Positions 10,671 through 23,800 of a stretch of 64,000 nucleotides of DNA are shown in pieces. Source of the stretch: a virus. Taxonomy: Duplodnaviria; Caudoviricetes. Every line of letters begins with the position of its first letter. Position 1 is the first letter of the stretch. The notes beneath the pieces are model-generated. The model was not told where the DNA came from. It worked only from the letters and a program-made list of their open reading frames with translations, and did no database searches. The stretch lies in IMG/VR virus record IMGVR_UViG_3300050343_000067, positions 13,716-77,715 of that record; one strand, given 5' to 3'. The position numbers and the translations under genes are program-made.

Positions 10671-11391
10671 TGGCACAGTATAACGTCAGGGTTGGAAACA
10701 ATGCATATCGTGTTGGCAAGCAATTACCAGCACAGCATAAGCTTGACGTAAACTACCAAATTCCATCGAAGTCAGTACAGAATTCTAATCTTCTGATTGA
10801 ATCACTGGCATCTCAATTTGATGGAACTCAAGATACATTCAATCTAATCGTCAATGGAGAAGCATATACTCCATTAAACGAAGAACAGATAATGATTTCT
10901 GTAGGTGATGTTGTTTTATCACCTGGAGTTGATTACATTGTTTTCCAACGATCAGATTGTTTTCAGTACACCACCAACTGCAGGTGTACAGTTCTTTGGA
11001 GTGGCATATGCTACTACAGCAGATCTAACCAGAACTCTTAACTATGTCATAGACAGTGGTTCCTTTCCTATGGGGAATGGTCCTAAAGGAACCATGACAG
11101 TTGACGTTACTGGAATCATTGAGTCCTGGACTATCCTTGCTGATAGCGAAGGAAACATTGAAGTTGATATTGAAAAATGTAGTTTTTCTGACTTCCCCAA
11201 TTTTCAATCTATTTGTGGTACTGAACGTCCCACATTAGGAATCATAAATAATAGCACGGCTAGAAAAAATAAAGATGACAGCCTGTCTACCTGGAACACT
11301 ACCGTGAATGCAGGAGATATTTTTTCAATTCAAAGTGAATTATTCGATCAACATCTCACGATGCATGGTCTCATTGAAATTGAAACTATAA
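10670..11391 (+). CDS. Virion structural protein (track ORFs 10670..11041 and 10905..11411 joined)
   Basis: Removing one T from each T-run near 10945 and 11325 gives a single ORF: ...PGVDYIVSNDQIVFSTPP...GDIFQFKVNYSINISRCMVSLKLKL*. Confidence 0.7.
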
Positions 11392-11444
11392 ATAGTATAC
11401 GATATAAATAACAATAAATCGAGAGATAAACACGGAGAGTTTAC

Positions 11445-12869
11445 ATGGCACTGCTAGTAACCGACAACGGTGAAATTGATTCTCTACGTAATCTACTGAA
11501 TTACAATCAGGAGATTCCTAGAAACTTAATTCTGAAGTTGTTCACAACAAATACATATCCAGCTGAAAGCGACACCCCTTCGCAGACAAGATATTACGAG
11601 CCCTACACCAACAACAATACGTTGGGTTATGGTTCTGGACCCACCACAGGGTATCATCAAGTTGAAAATAATAGAACTGATCAGGATTATTCTAACCAGT
11701 ATGGAATTCTGCTGAACGGAACTCGTTGGACAATCGAGACCCTACAAGCTGCTGCAGTTGCTGCTGTCGCTGGTTCTGGTACTACTGACGAGTACACAGT
11801 CACCGTTGCTTCAAATACTGGTATTAAAAAAGGCGACTACGTAACTGGCGGCGACGTTGGTACTGGTGCATATGTCGTCGATATCGACGGTCTAACTCTC
11901 CTATTGAGCGTCAAGAACACTGGTACATTCTCCAACCAAAACCTAGATTTTGGTGCTGGCAGAACGACTGCTTCTTACCCCGAGCAAACCTTCACGTTTG
12001 ATGGTGCTGCTGGTGATGTTTATGGTTACATGCTTGTTCGTGCTAACAACATGCCTACCACCATTCACGGTGTTCTCGATGCAGGCACTGCAGCCGCTGG
12101 AACAACTATCAGTAAGACTGGTATCCGTGGTACTATCGGCAATGACTATTTCGTTCTTGCTGCTGTTTCTAACACCACTACCATCACTGGTACTTCTGGT
12201 GAGTTCTCCGTAACTGTTGGTTCTACTGCAGGTCTTGCAGTTGGTCAGAGACTAACTGGTACTGGTATTGCTACTGGCGCAAGAATTGCTGGTATCGCAG
12301 GAACCACTGTTTATCTAGACAAGGCACTCACTGGTGCTGCTTCTGGTAACGGTGTATTCCAAGCAGAAGTCGGTGAAGATCTAACTGTCGGCATGTCAGT
12401 CTCACAGACTGGTACTGCTGGTGTTGTTGGCGGTGCTCCTAATGGCATCGACGCTGCAACTATCATCACTGGTATCGATCATCAGGTATACGTTGATGGT
12501 TCTTTGACAGACGGAACAGTCACTGTTTATCTGAACAACGCACTGATTGATAACATTCAGCCATCTAACAGCAATGACGAAGTTGAATTTGACTTCAGTA
12601 AGGTAACTGCAACTGGTCACGGTCTCGTCAAAGGCGATGCCGTCTATATCGACCAGGGTACTGGTAACAGCACCACAACTGCTAGCACCTACACCGTATT
12701 CGATGTAATTGATGCTAACACCTTCACTACAACCAAGGCACTAAACGGCACTGGTTCACTAACTCTTTACAGCGCAATCTTCTTCGCTGAAAGATTCACG
12801 AATGGTCCATACGCGATTCAAAATGCTGGTGACCAAATCAAAGTCACCCTGAACGTCAGCCTCGACTGA
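11445..12869 (+). CDS. Virion structural protein
   Basis: 474 aa; LILKLF, TTASYPEQTFTF, VYGY and FAERFTNGPY motifs; preceded by TATAAATA and GGAG, followed by a terminator. Confidence 0.75.
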   Translation: MALLVTDNGEIDSLRNLLNYNQEIPRNLILKLFTTNTYPAESDTPSQTRYYEPYTNNNTLGYGSGPTTGYHQVENNRTDQDYSNQYGILLNGTRWTIETLQAAAVAAVAGSGTTDEYTVTVASNTGIKKGDYVTGGDVGTGAYVVDIDGLTLLLSVKNTGTFSNQNLDFGAGRTTASYPEQTFTFDGAAGDVYGYMLVRANNMPTTIHGVLDAGTAAAGTTISKTGIRGTIGNDYFVLAAVSNTTTITGTSGEFSVTVGSTAGLAVGQRLTGTGIATGARIAGIAGTTVYLDKALTGAASGNGVFQAEVGEDLTVGMSVSQTGTAGVVGGAPNGIDAATIITGIDHQVYVDGSLTDGTVTVYLNNALIDNIQPSNSNDEVEFDFSKVTATGHGLVKGDAVYIDQGTGNSTTTASTYTVFDVIDANTFTTTKALNGTGSLTLYSAIFFAERFTNGPYAIQNAGDQIKVTLNVSLD

Positions 12870-12895
12870 TATACTCAAATTGGGTTCTACATTAT

Positions 12896-12932
12896 GGGGG
12901 GATTGCTTCACTGGCGATCCCCCTATTTTTTT
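12896..12932 (+). terminator. Rho-independent terminator
   Basis: GGGGGATTGC-TTCACTG-GCGATCCCCC stem followed by a T-run. Confidence 0.85.
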
Positions 12933-12948
12933 AACTTGTCTGTAGTTT

Positions 12949-15900
12949 ATGGTATTCTCCTACGCTGGTACTGGAAGAATGCCCCAGTTTGTTGCTTATG
13001 AAGCACTGGGGGTAATTTCTTACAGCTATACAGCGTCGGTACTAAACGAGTTTATTAAATTAGATTTTGGTTCAATAGGTCTAGCATACTGGGTAATTGC
13101 AGACCATGCAAACAAAATCATTCAAGACTATAAAGATGATCAAATAATCAACCTGACAGAAGACGGCGGAGTCGTCAGTCAATTTGATTATGGTAGCATT
13201 TTAGAAGTAGAGGCAGTAGCACAAGACGATTGGGGTCTTGTTACCGATACTTCAAACATCGAGACGATGGGAAGAACACACTTCCATTCTCTCACTACAT
13301 GGTCTGTTATCAAGACGTGGGTTGGTTCTGGAACCGTCTGGGAGTTCGGAGGATCTACTTACAGACTGGATGCCCCATGGATCGGTTCGGGTACGCTGCG
13401 AGTATCCAGCACTGCCAACACTCATTATGTACCTGCGATTGCTACGGAGGGACTACTACCCCTTCGTAGTGACACTAAAATTGCGTATGCTCCTAACTGG
13501 AATGTATTCGGCACCTTATTCAGCGGTAGCTTTGCTGGTGAGGCGGTCGTTAAGGTATTCCCAGAGGATCCCGATTATACACGCATTGAACCTATTTACG
13601 TAAGTGCTGCCGAACTTCACAGCACGTACAACCCAGTATATCGTGCTACAGAATTTATTCCAGCGAGTGGAACTGGTACGGGAAGGGAAGGCGGATTTGC
13701 TATTGGACCTCATGTTAGATTCGGTACAATAAATGATCCCGATCTGGATGATGGTTTCAGTGATGAGAGAAGAGTTAGATATTATGATGTAGATCTCACT
13801 AATGTTGTTAGACTTCACTTCCACATCATCAAGGGAAGTGGAAGCAATGGTGGAGAACAACCCGACAATGGCGAAGATCTTCTCATACAGGTTCATAAAG
13901 CAGATTCCAACCAAAGTATTCTCACTAGGATTTCTTATGGTGGGAATACTAGTGACCACACTCTTACAACCAAAACTTTTAATCTCGAACCAAATTATAC
14001 AGACTACCAAACTGCTGGTGCAGATATAAAAGTATCGCAGCGAAATTGGACTGGTACATATCAATTCGATCATTATGGTCTCGCAGGAATAACATTTGAC
14101 ACCAGAGTCGGTGTTGGAGATCAACGCAATGATCTATTCAATGTTGGTGGTAATGCTAGTGTCAGCTTCAGACCCAACTGGGTTGGTTCTGGTGTCCTAT
14201 TCAGCTTCAGCACTACAGATATTTCTAGAACGTTCGACTACGTTGGTAGTGGAACACTATTCGGACTGTCGTCTCTAGACGAAGCAGTTACCTGGGATTA
14301 CAACAATTCCAGCATCGATTTCTTTACCTATGAGAACTTTGGATCGGTTGCAGAATCACCAATTGATTCGATTACGATCCAATCGATTGCTAATGATACA
14401 ATCCAAAGTCGTGCAAACGAAAGGATTATTGATCTAGTTGTATCTGGATCTGTTTCTGGTGCATTCCTAGACTTCGGTACTATTCTCACTGACGGGTGAG
14501 CAGACTCCCTCTACTGTCGGACTCGACTGGGGGTCAGATTCTTACCAATCAGACAGATTATCCATTCGGTCTGTTCCCAATCGGTGGTACTGCCAAGCAA
14601 GTATTCACTCCCAACTTTATTGGTTCAGGTGTACTGTTCTCGTTTGGGGAAGGTATTGGTAGAACCAAACCAAGATGGATTGCCTATGTTCAGATTGGAA
14701 TCTCTGGTGTTGCGAAGACAAACTTCAGTCTTCTCCACAAAGGTTCAGGCAATCTATTCAGCTTCAACAACGGCGAAGATCGCAGAGCATATGTATACAG
14801 AGGTTCAGGTGCCCTCTATGCCATCTCTGGTGCTTCCGAATCGGTTGGTGCTGACTATCCTGACTCTACAGCGTTGCTGCCTATTGCAGGCGTTGCTGGG
14901 GTCAGCTTCACACCTAACTGGAATGGTACAGGTGTTGCAACTCTTACAGGTGCATCAGTCGAGAGACAGACTGATCACTATCAAGGTTCTGGAACTCTAT
15001 TCAACTTCGAGACTGCTAACGAGGCAGTTGCATATCACTACAGCAGCACATCTAATGCGATATTCAACTATCGCAATTATGGATCGGTCGCTGATACACC
15101 GATCAATTCTATTACGATCCAGTCTATTGCTAATGAGACTATTGAGAGTCGTAAAGACGAACGAATTATTGATCTAATTGTTGCTGGATCTAGTGTCGGT
15201 CAGTTCCTAGATTCTGGTTTCATTCTCCTCAATGGCGAGGATTCTCCAGAAACTGTCAGAGAAGATTATGGTTCCATCATGGAATCTATTTCCCGTTATG
15301 CAATGGGAGACTTCTTGTTTGAGGGCGAAGCAGCATCTGCTCGAACACGTACTCATATTGGAACTGGTAGTCTATTTGCATTCGTTGAAGGTCGTGGTAG
15401 AACCAAACCAAGATGGATTGCTAATATCCAAATTGAAGTTAGTGGTAAAGGTGATACACCTCGTGCAAGAAGCTTTGTTGGAGAAGGCGTACTATTCAAC
15501 CTCAACAATGCAGAAGACAGGAGAGCATATGCATACAATGGTTCTGGTGCCCTCTATGCCATCTCTGGTGCTTCTGAATCGGTTGGTGCTGACTATCCTG
15601 ACTCTACAGCGTTACTACCCCTTACAGGCGCTGCTAGGGTCAGCTTCACGCCTAACTGGAATGGTAGTGGTATTGCCACTCTCACGGGTACATTAGTTGA
15701 GAGACAGACCGATCATTATAAAGGATCTGGAACTCTATTCAACTTCGAGACTGCTGACGAGGCAGTTGCGTATCATTACAGTAGTACATCCAATGATATC
15801 TTTGAATATCGTAACTACGGTTCCGTTGCAGATACTCCAATTGAATCTATTACGATTCAATCTATTGCTAATGAAACAATTGAGAGTCGCAAGGACGACA

Positions 15901-18900
15901 GAATTATTGATCTAGTAGAAAGTGGTTCTACTTCTGGATCTTATCTGAATTACGGATTCATTCTTCTCGATGGCGAAGATGCTCCCGAGACTGTTAGAGA
16001 AGATTATGGTTCCATCATGGAATCCATCTCCCGCTATGCGATGGGAGACTTCCTGGTTGAAGGTGAAGCAGCAACATCCAGAACACGTACTCATATTGGT
16101 TCTGGTGACATCAAGATTAATGTCGCTACTATCGTCAGCGTTCCACCCAAGTGGACTTCTGATATATTCATCGATGTTACTGGCGAGGTTGCAGATAGCG
16201 TCACCAAGACATTCAATGGTTCTGGTGATCTATTCAACTTCGTATCCTCTGACGAGAGACGCGCCTTTGGATATCAATCCACTGGAACTCTATATGCAGT
16301 TAACGGTGCTGCTGAAGTCTTTGGTGCTAACCCACCAGATATTACAACAAATCTACAAGTCAGTGGATCTGCATCTGTTGCATTCGTTCCTAACTGGAAT
16401 GGATCTGGTGACATATCCATCTTCGGTCAACTGGTCGAACGTGCAGCAGTCAATCCTCCTGCTCGTGGAAATCTGTTCGGATTCTCCAACGCTGACGATA
16501 GAAGAACATACAGCTATAACCAATCTTCTACCGATCTCTACGTTGATGTAGATTACGGATTTGTTGCTTCGCCTGTCATTGATTCTTGGGTCATTGCTAA
16601 CCATGCATCCAAAGTCATTGAAGACTACAAGGATGACAAACTCTTTGATCTGGTCGAGAGTGGTGGTGGAGACTTCATTGATTATGGATTCATCGAGACT
16701 GCTAATCTCGCTGGTCTTCCTGGTGCAAACAATCTTCCAGATGCAACAGAAGATTATGGCACAATCATCGATCCTCAATACGAGAGATCGATCTACCCAA
16801 TGGGTCATCTGTTCAAGTTCTCTGGACTTTCAGGTGGAGTCAAGGTTGTCATCAATCTGCGTCATATCGCAGTTCTTACCAAACCAACTCTCAAACTTGG
16901 TGGCGAAGCTGCAATTCGTCTTCCCAACGTCCACAGTGGAAGTGGTGTTCTATTCAACACTGGTGGTGCAGCAGAATCTGCAACATTCAGTCCAGACGAT
17001 CTTACTGGTCTATTCGACTTTGTTGGATTCGCTGCAACAAGTTATACCCCCAATTTCAATGGTGGCGGCACCATCAGATTGGATGGTCGAGCATCTTCTG
17101 CAGTTGCATTCGCAGGATTCCAAGAGAACACTATCGTTCTACGTGGCATTGCTGGTCAGAAATACTTACCATCCTACGCTGGATCTGGATTTATCTCTAC
17201 GTTGTCAGGAGCTGCAGAAGCAGTTACTGCAAGTCCAGATGATCTATTCGGTCTGTTTGACTTTGTTGGAACAGCAGCAGAGAAAGCAACTGCAGCATAC
17301 GATGGATCTGGTTCACTGTTTGGACTATCTGGTGCAGTCGAAGCAGTTGCTGTTGCAGAGGAGAAGAGAAATCTTATCAAGGTCAGCGGCAACGCTGCCG
17401 AGAGATTCATCCCGAACTTCAATGGTTCTGGTTCACTCTCTGTTCTTATCGGCGCTGCAGAATCCAGAACAGCAAGTCCAGATCCATTCTTTACTCTGTT
17501 CGACTTTACTGGTCGTGGATCAGTCAGGGCAACGATTGCATACTCTGGATTTGCTCTTCTTTCTGTATCTGGAACAACCGAACCAGAGATCCTCACGTTT
17601 GCAGAGCAACCATTTGGTACTGCAACAATCTCTGGTCAGGGTGGAGAAAGATTTGTTCCCAGTTATGTTGGTTTTGGTCGAATCGCAGCACTGTCTGGTG
17701 CAGCAGAATCCCTTACTGTCAATCCTCTGGAGAGACAACTTCTGTTCTCCATGGGTGGAGTTGCAGGAGAAAGATTTGCTGCAGCACCTCAAGTCAAAGG
17801 AACAGAGATCAAGCTTCAGGGCGAGATTGCTACTCCTCTACGTACATTTGCAGAACAACCATTCGGGGTTGTTCCTGTCAGTGGTATTGCAGACGAAAGA
17901 TTTGTCGATGTATATGGTGGATTCGGTACTCTGTTCTCTGGAGGATTCACTTCAGAATCCATCACATTCAAGATTCCTCCAGTCAGAGAAGGAGACATTC
18001 TCTTCCGTGGATCTGCAGTCGAAGCAACTGGATTCAATCCTCCAGATATTACAACACATATTATTCTCTCTGGAGAAGGTGTTGTTCCTCTACGTACATT
18101 TGCAGAACAACCAACAGTTCGCATCGCTACTCGTGGCACAGCAGTCGAAAGACAAACCGATGCATATCTCGGAACTGGTGCCATCTTCTCCAATGGATTC
18201 ACTTCCGAGTCTATTACCAAGAGACTTCCAGAGTTCACCGCTCATCTCAATGTTACTGGTCTTGCGGAAGAGAAAGCAACATTCAGAGAGATCTTCTTTG
18301 GTTCCCTCTTCAAGTTCAGAGGATCTGCAGGTCGCGCACTCCTCACCTTTGCAGAGCAACCACAGACTCTATCCAAGATTAGTGGTGTTGCTGCTACCAC
18401 AAGAGCAAGAGACTTTATTGGCGATGGCAACATTGCAACTCTTTCTGGTGCTGCAGAAGCAGCTACCTTCAATCCTCTGGAAAGAGATCTGCTCTTCGAT
18501 GTTACTGGCATCGCTGCAGAAAGAAGAACCAATGCGTTTGTTGGTACTGGTCAGATCAGAATCTACCCAGAAGCAGCAGATATCAGGTTCACCCCGAACT
18601 GGAATGTCGAAGGTGTCATTCCTGTCAGTGGTACTGCAGTCGAGCGTGTCGCAAGAGACGAGGTTGTACGTGTCCTCATCGGTACATTCTCTGGTGCTGC
18701 CGAGTCTGTTACGTTCAACCCACTGGAGAAAGATGCACTCTTCTCCTTCACTGGTCGTGCAACAATTGCTTCTGCAGTATCGGAAGTCAAGAGAGTCGAA
18801 CTGGCACTATTTGCAGAACCAGTTACAGTTCATGTTGTCGCTGTTCCTCCTGCAGGAGAAGGTACTGCAACTATCAGTGGTGTTGGCGTCGAAAGATCTG

Positions 18901-19916
18901 CAAGAGACTACATCGGTCAGATCCACATTGGTACATTCTCTGGTGCAGCAGAATCCCTTACTGTCAATCCTCTGGAGAGACAGCTTCTATTCTCTGCAAC
19001 TGGTATTGCAACCTTACGTTCTACTCGTGCTTACGTTGGAACTGGTTCTCTCTTCGCACTCAACGGTGCAGCAGAATCCAGAGCAGTTGCACCACCAGCA
19101 GAGGGTCTATACGATATTACTGGCGAAGCGAACATTGTCATCACCCTCTCCCACGTTGGCGAAGGCAACCTATTCAGTTTCGTTACGAGCGAAGAGAAAG
19201 TTGCATACGACTATGTTGGAGAACAAGTTCTCTTCACCCTTTCTGGAGAAGCAACCGAAAGAATTGCCAATGCAGAAACTTTCTTTGGTTCTATCTTCTC
19301 GTTCTCTGGAGCAGCAGAAAGAGTTGCCTATGTACCAAGTCTGCTTGCAGATGTCAACATCTGTCTGGTCGTTGCTGCTACCCCAAGAGCCAGAACATTT
19401 ACTGGATCTGGAGATCTATATGCATTCGACAGTGCAGCAGAATCCAGAACAATTACTTACGAGAACGTCGCAATCTTCGACTTCCTCGGTCAGGTCAAGC
19501 CTGCTATCACCAAGGCATATGTTGGCGAAGCAGAAATCAAAACTTCTGGTGCATCAACGGTTGCATTTGTCAGAGCACCTTACCCTGGTCTGGCAGAAGT
19601 TCAACTCTCGGGTATCGCAGACGAGAGAACAACTGCCAACCCACCAGAAGAAGGCACAGAAATTGCAACCGATGGCGAAGCGAAAGTTCTTCGCTCTTTC
19701 GGATACGAAGGATCAGGTCAAATCAAAGTCAATGTCGATACCATCATCGGCATTTCTCTACGTATCTTTGGTACTGGATCCATCAATGTCAGAGTACATT
19801 CCAGATACTTCCCACTACTCCAGCACAGACCAGACGTTCATATCCTTATCACTGGCAGCGCAGCAACTGTCAAGATTGATGTTGCGCCAGCTCGTACATA
19901 CGGATGGATTATTTAA
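12949..19916 (+). CDS. Giant repetitive virion/fibre protein, ~2320 aa (track ORFs 12949..14499 and 14496..19916 joined)
   Basis: Removing one G from each G-run near 14495 and 14530 restores ILTDGEQTPSTVGLDWGQIL, matching internal repeats ILLNGEDSPETVREDYGSIM. Many GSGxLFxxxGAAE repeats. Confidence 0.8.
14811..16100 (+). repeat. Tandem intragenic duplication with a 738-bp (246 aa) period
   Basis: GCCCTCTATGCCATCTCTGGTGCTTC at 14811 and 15549; protein block GALYAISGASESVGADYPDSTALLP...SRYAMGDFL occurs twice. Confidence 0.9.
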
Positions 19917-19952
19917 TGATATAAATAACCTCGGTATCCTAAATTAATTTTA

Positions 19953-20411
19953 ATGACTACCCAGGTACAATTTAGGCGTGGTACTACTGCCGAACATGCT
20001 CATTTTGCGGGAGCGCAAGGTGAGTTAACAATTGATACTGATAAAAATATGGCGGTTGTCCATGATGGGACAACTAATGGTGGATTTGATGTTTTTCGTG
20101 CAAGGTGGGAGTATTTAAACACAAGTGTTACACTCGGAACAAGTCTTCGATATCTCGTAGACACATCAGGAGGACCACTAACTCTAACCTTGCCTCTATA
20201 TAACAATCAATTGGTTCCTAAATCAGGGGACACGTTGGAGTTCATTGATATTAATTTTTCATGGGATACAAATAATGTAACAATCGTCGATCCAATTGGC
20301 AGACAATTCCAAAATACATTTGGAGTTGTTTCCAGTCCTTTAGTATTTGACTTGAAAGGAGCGAGAGTGCAACTAATTTGGGACGGTAACTACTGGAGAG
20401 TAATTGTATGA
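19953..20411 (+). CDS. Tail fibre-associated protein with Mtd/hyaluronidase-type N-terminal domain
   Basis: QVQFRRGTTAEH...GELTIDTDK...VVHDG; C-half resembles 24497..24823. Confidence 0.75.
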   Translation: MTTQVQFRRGTTAEHAHFAGAQGELTIDTDKNMAVVHDGTTNGGFDVFRARWEYLNTSVTLGTSLRYLVDTSGGPLTLTLPLYNNQLVPKSGDTLEFIDINFSWDTNNVTIVDPIGRQFQNTFGVVSSPLVFDLKGARVQLIWDGNYWRVIV

Positions 20412-20800
20412 CAATGTTTATTAGCGACAGCTATCAACAACAAGGTGGTGGGGGAACATCTGTATCTTCCAATAATTACACCCTAGGCAACGACTTTAGT
20501 ATCCATGCTTTACGTAGGGATGCTGATGGAATGCTACGTTACACTAAAATTAGAAGTATTGATGACGAGACAGGTGATTTCTTTCGTTTAGATGGAAGTT
20601 CCTATCTTGATATTGCAACTGGTGCGTATGACTACGTAGAAGAAACTACAGAAGAGAAGTCATATTCAAATAATCCGCAAGATAAATACCAACAGTATAG
20701 ATTTGATAGTCGTAAGATTAGCTATTTTGTTGATGATGACGGATACTTTGTAATTCGTTTCAATGAAAATTATGATTATTCCACCGAAGGACCCAAATAA
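20408..20800 (+). CDS. Hypothetical virion protein
   Basis: 130 aa, overlapping start/stop with the upstream gene, within the late operon. Confidence 0.65.
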   Translation: MTMFISDSYQQQGGGGTSVSSNNYTLGNDFSIHALRRDADGMLRYTKIRSIDDETGDFFRLDGSSYLDIATGAYDYVEETTEEKSYSNNPQDKYQQYRFDSRKISYFVDDDGYFVIRFNENYDYSTEGPK

Positions 20801-20815
20801 TAAGGCAGCATAAAC

Positions 20816-23800
20816 ATGGCAGATTTCAGATTAGGCAGACTTAAGTTTAATTGGAGGGGCGACTGGACAGTCGCAACTGCATACGTTATCGATGATATCG
20901 TAAAGTTTGGCGCAAACACCTATGTTTGTGTTTCCAACCATACGTCGGTATCAAACGAAGCGCAGTGGTATTCGGGCGATGGCGCTAGATGGCAAGTCCA
21001 TACCGAAGGCATTTACAATCGTGGAGATTGGGCAGATGCAACCTTCTACAAATTAAACGATATCGTAAAGTACGGTAACGATCAATACCGTGTAACCGTT
21101 GCCCACACCTCTAGCGGTACATTCGCTTCAGCAAATTTCATTTCTTATGTCAATGGACTTAAGTTTGAAGATTCCTGGGACACTAATACCGAGTATCAAT
21201 CTGGTGACATTGTAACCTTTGGTGGTTACTCTTATGTTGCCCTTACTACTTCTACAGGTGCTGCACCAAACAACCTTGGCGCTAGTTGGGAAATTCTAAC
21301 AACTGGTTTTAAAGTTGTAGGTACATGGAGCAATACCACAGCATACAAACCTGGTGACGTTGTACTACTTGGTGGTAACTCATACGTTGCTAAAACAACT
21401 AATACCAACTCTACACCATCAGCTGCTTCTGCTGATTGGGACTTCGTTGTTGGTGGTTTCACCTGGAGAGGTGTTTGGAGTTCGACAGAAACATATCAGC
21501 CTGGTGATGCAATCTCCAGAGCGTCTAACTCTTACATCTGTGTTGCCGAGTCTACTAACAATACCCCAGAGACAGACGTTAATGGAGACTATTGGAACTC
21601 CCTGACTCAAGGAGCTCAATCCAACGTCTTGACAGATGCTGGTGATGTTCTTTATATTTCGGGTTCTGGTGCTGCCAGACTACCTATTGGAGCCAGCGGT
21701 CAAGTTCTGACAGTTGATTCTAACGGTTATCCTGCTTGGGAAAAAAGTAATGCAACCGATCCTGTTTACTATGTTACTGTCAATGGCAGTGATCTAAACA
21801 GTGGCGAGAATATTACCAAGTCATTTGGTTCACTACGTTACGCTCTAGATAACGTTACTGGTCCTGCAACTATTTACGTTAAGGCAGGTACGTATAACGA
21901 AACTCTACCAATGTTCGTTCCCGAGAATATCTCGATCATTGGTGATAACATGAGAACTACTGTTATCAAACCAAACGTTGGTGCAAATTCTTCTACACAG
22001 AAACTGACACTAGCTACAGTTCCTGATGCTGCTTTAAGAGTTATTGGCGAAACATGCACCAACGGTGCTGGCGATAAGACTGCACAAATCATCGATGTTA
22101 AAGATGGTGGTGGTACTATTGATATCATGCCTATTACTGGTGGTGACTGGACAGTTTCGGATACTTTCGAGGCTGGCACTAATGATGTTGTAATCAATCA
22201 GGTTGCACCAATCCTTAATCAGAACTCAACGTTGTTCTACCTGTCTAACAGATCCATGCTTAAGGATTTGGTTATGGACGGTATGGCAGGATTTGTTCCT
22301 TCAGCATCTGATCCAAAAGATCTTAACACCGCAACGATTGAGGGTGTATTTGTAAGACTCAACCCTAACTCCCCAATTACCAAGTCTCCTTACGTTTCGC
22401 AGTGTTCTGCGTTCTCCCAGACTGGTGTTGGTGCTATCGTTGATGGTAGTGTTCATAACAAGTATGACGGAACTGGAACTCCTTCTAACAAGTCAATCGT
22501 TTTTGACTCCTGGACTAACATCCACGAGAACGGTGGTGTAGGTTTCTGGATTACAAATAACGGCGCTGCTGAAATTGTATCCTGTTTCACATACTACTGT
22601 CACGTTTCTTACTGCTCCACTAGAGGTGGTAGAATCAGATCTCTTGCAGGTAACTCTTCCTGGGGTACTTATGCTATTGTATCTTCTGGTTTCAACGAAA
22701 ATGAAACTACCCTCGACGGATTTGTCGATGGTCTAGAACTGAACTATGATCTGACCACACTTTCTGCTGGTACATCTTTTGAGAAAGATGAGCAGATGAT
22801 CGGTGGTACGTCTGGTGCTGTTGGTGAAGTTACTAGCTTCCAACCTTCTGCAGATAAGATTCTATTCCGTCCTCTCAAGGGAACATTCGTTCAGAACGAA
22901 GTTGTTACTGGTCAAACATCAGGAGCAACGGCAACTCTGGTCAACAACTCCGATGCACAGAAAGGACAAAACGGATTTACCTTTGTTCTTGGCGGCATGA
23001 CTGCTGCTCCAGATCCAGGTGGTTCGATTGAATATGTAACTGGTCCTGGTGGTGCTGGTGCTGATCAATTCACATATGTTGTTGCAAACTCTTCTTATAA
23101 CGCACCATCTGGTCGTGGCGAACTAACAGTAACTAGAGCACTTCTAGGTTCTGCTGCTGCAACTCATGACGGTTTGAGCACGATTACTAGATATCAAACT
23201 GGTACTGCAACATCTCTATCTGCACCTATTAGTAGTGCAGCAGATGTAACTATTCAAGTTTCTTCTATTACTGGTATTAACACTGGTGGTTATATCATTA
23301 TCGGAAACGAAATGATGGAAGTTGTTGCTTTCCCAACTGCAACATCAGTTACTGTTGTTAGAGGAGTAGAAGGAACTTCTGCTTCCACACATACATCTGG
23401 TATAACTGTTAGAGCACTTCAAATTAAGGTTCCTTCCCAAACTACAACTGCTAGAGATCTTACTGCTAGTGATACAATCATCTTGGTTGAGAGTGCAACT
23501 GGTACTCTATCAGCAGATTATATCAAGATTGACAGTGAGTTTATGCAAGTTGCTACATCTGCAACAATTACAACTGGTACTGTTACCATTGTTCTTGCAG
23601 AAACAAAACCAACACCATCTTACGATCGTCAACTAACTAGAGTTAGATATCTTTATTCACAAGTTAGACTAACTGGTCATGACTTCCTAGATATCGGTAC
23701 TGGTAATAAGACACAAACTAACTGGCCTGGTCTGCCACTTTCGGCACCTGCACCTGGCAACGAAGTTACTGAAGATTTCCCAGGTCGTGTATTCTACGTT

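Noticed and set aside
13516-18790. Long minus-strand ORFs opposite structural genes (e.g. 13516..14124, 17174..17596, 17816..18238)
   Set aside because: Antisense shadows of biased codon usage, with no recognisable motifs or expression signals
19953-20411. Diversity-generating retroelement suggested by the Mtd-like N-terminus
   Set aside because: No reverse transcriptase in the window; the repeats found are coding duplications without adenine-specific differences
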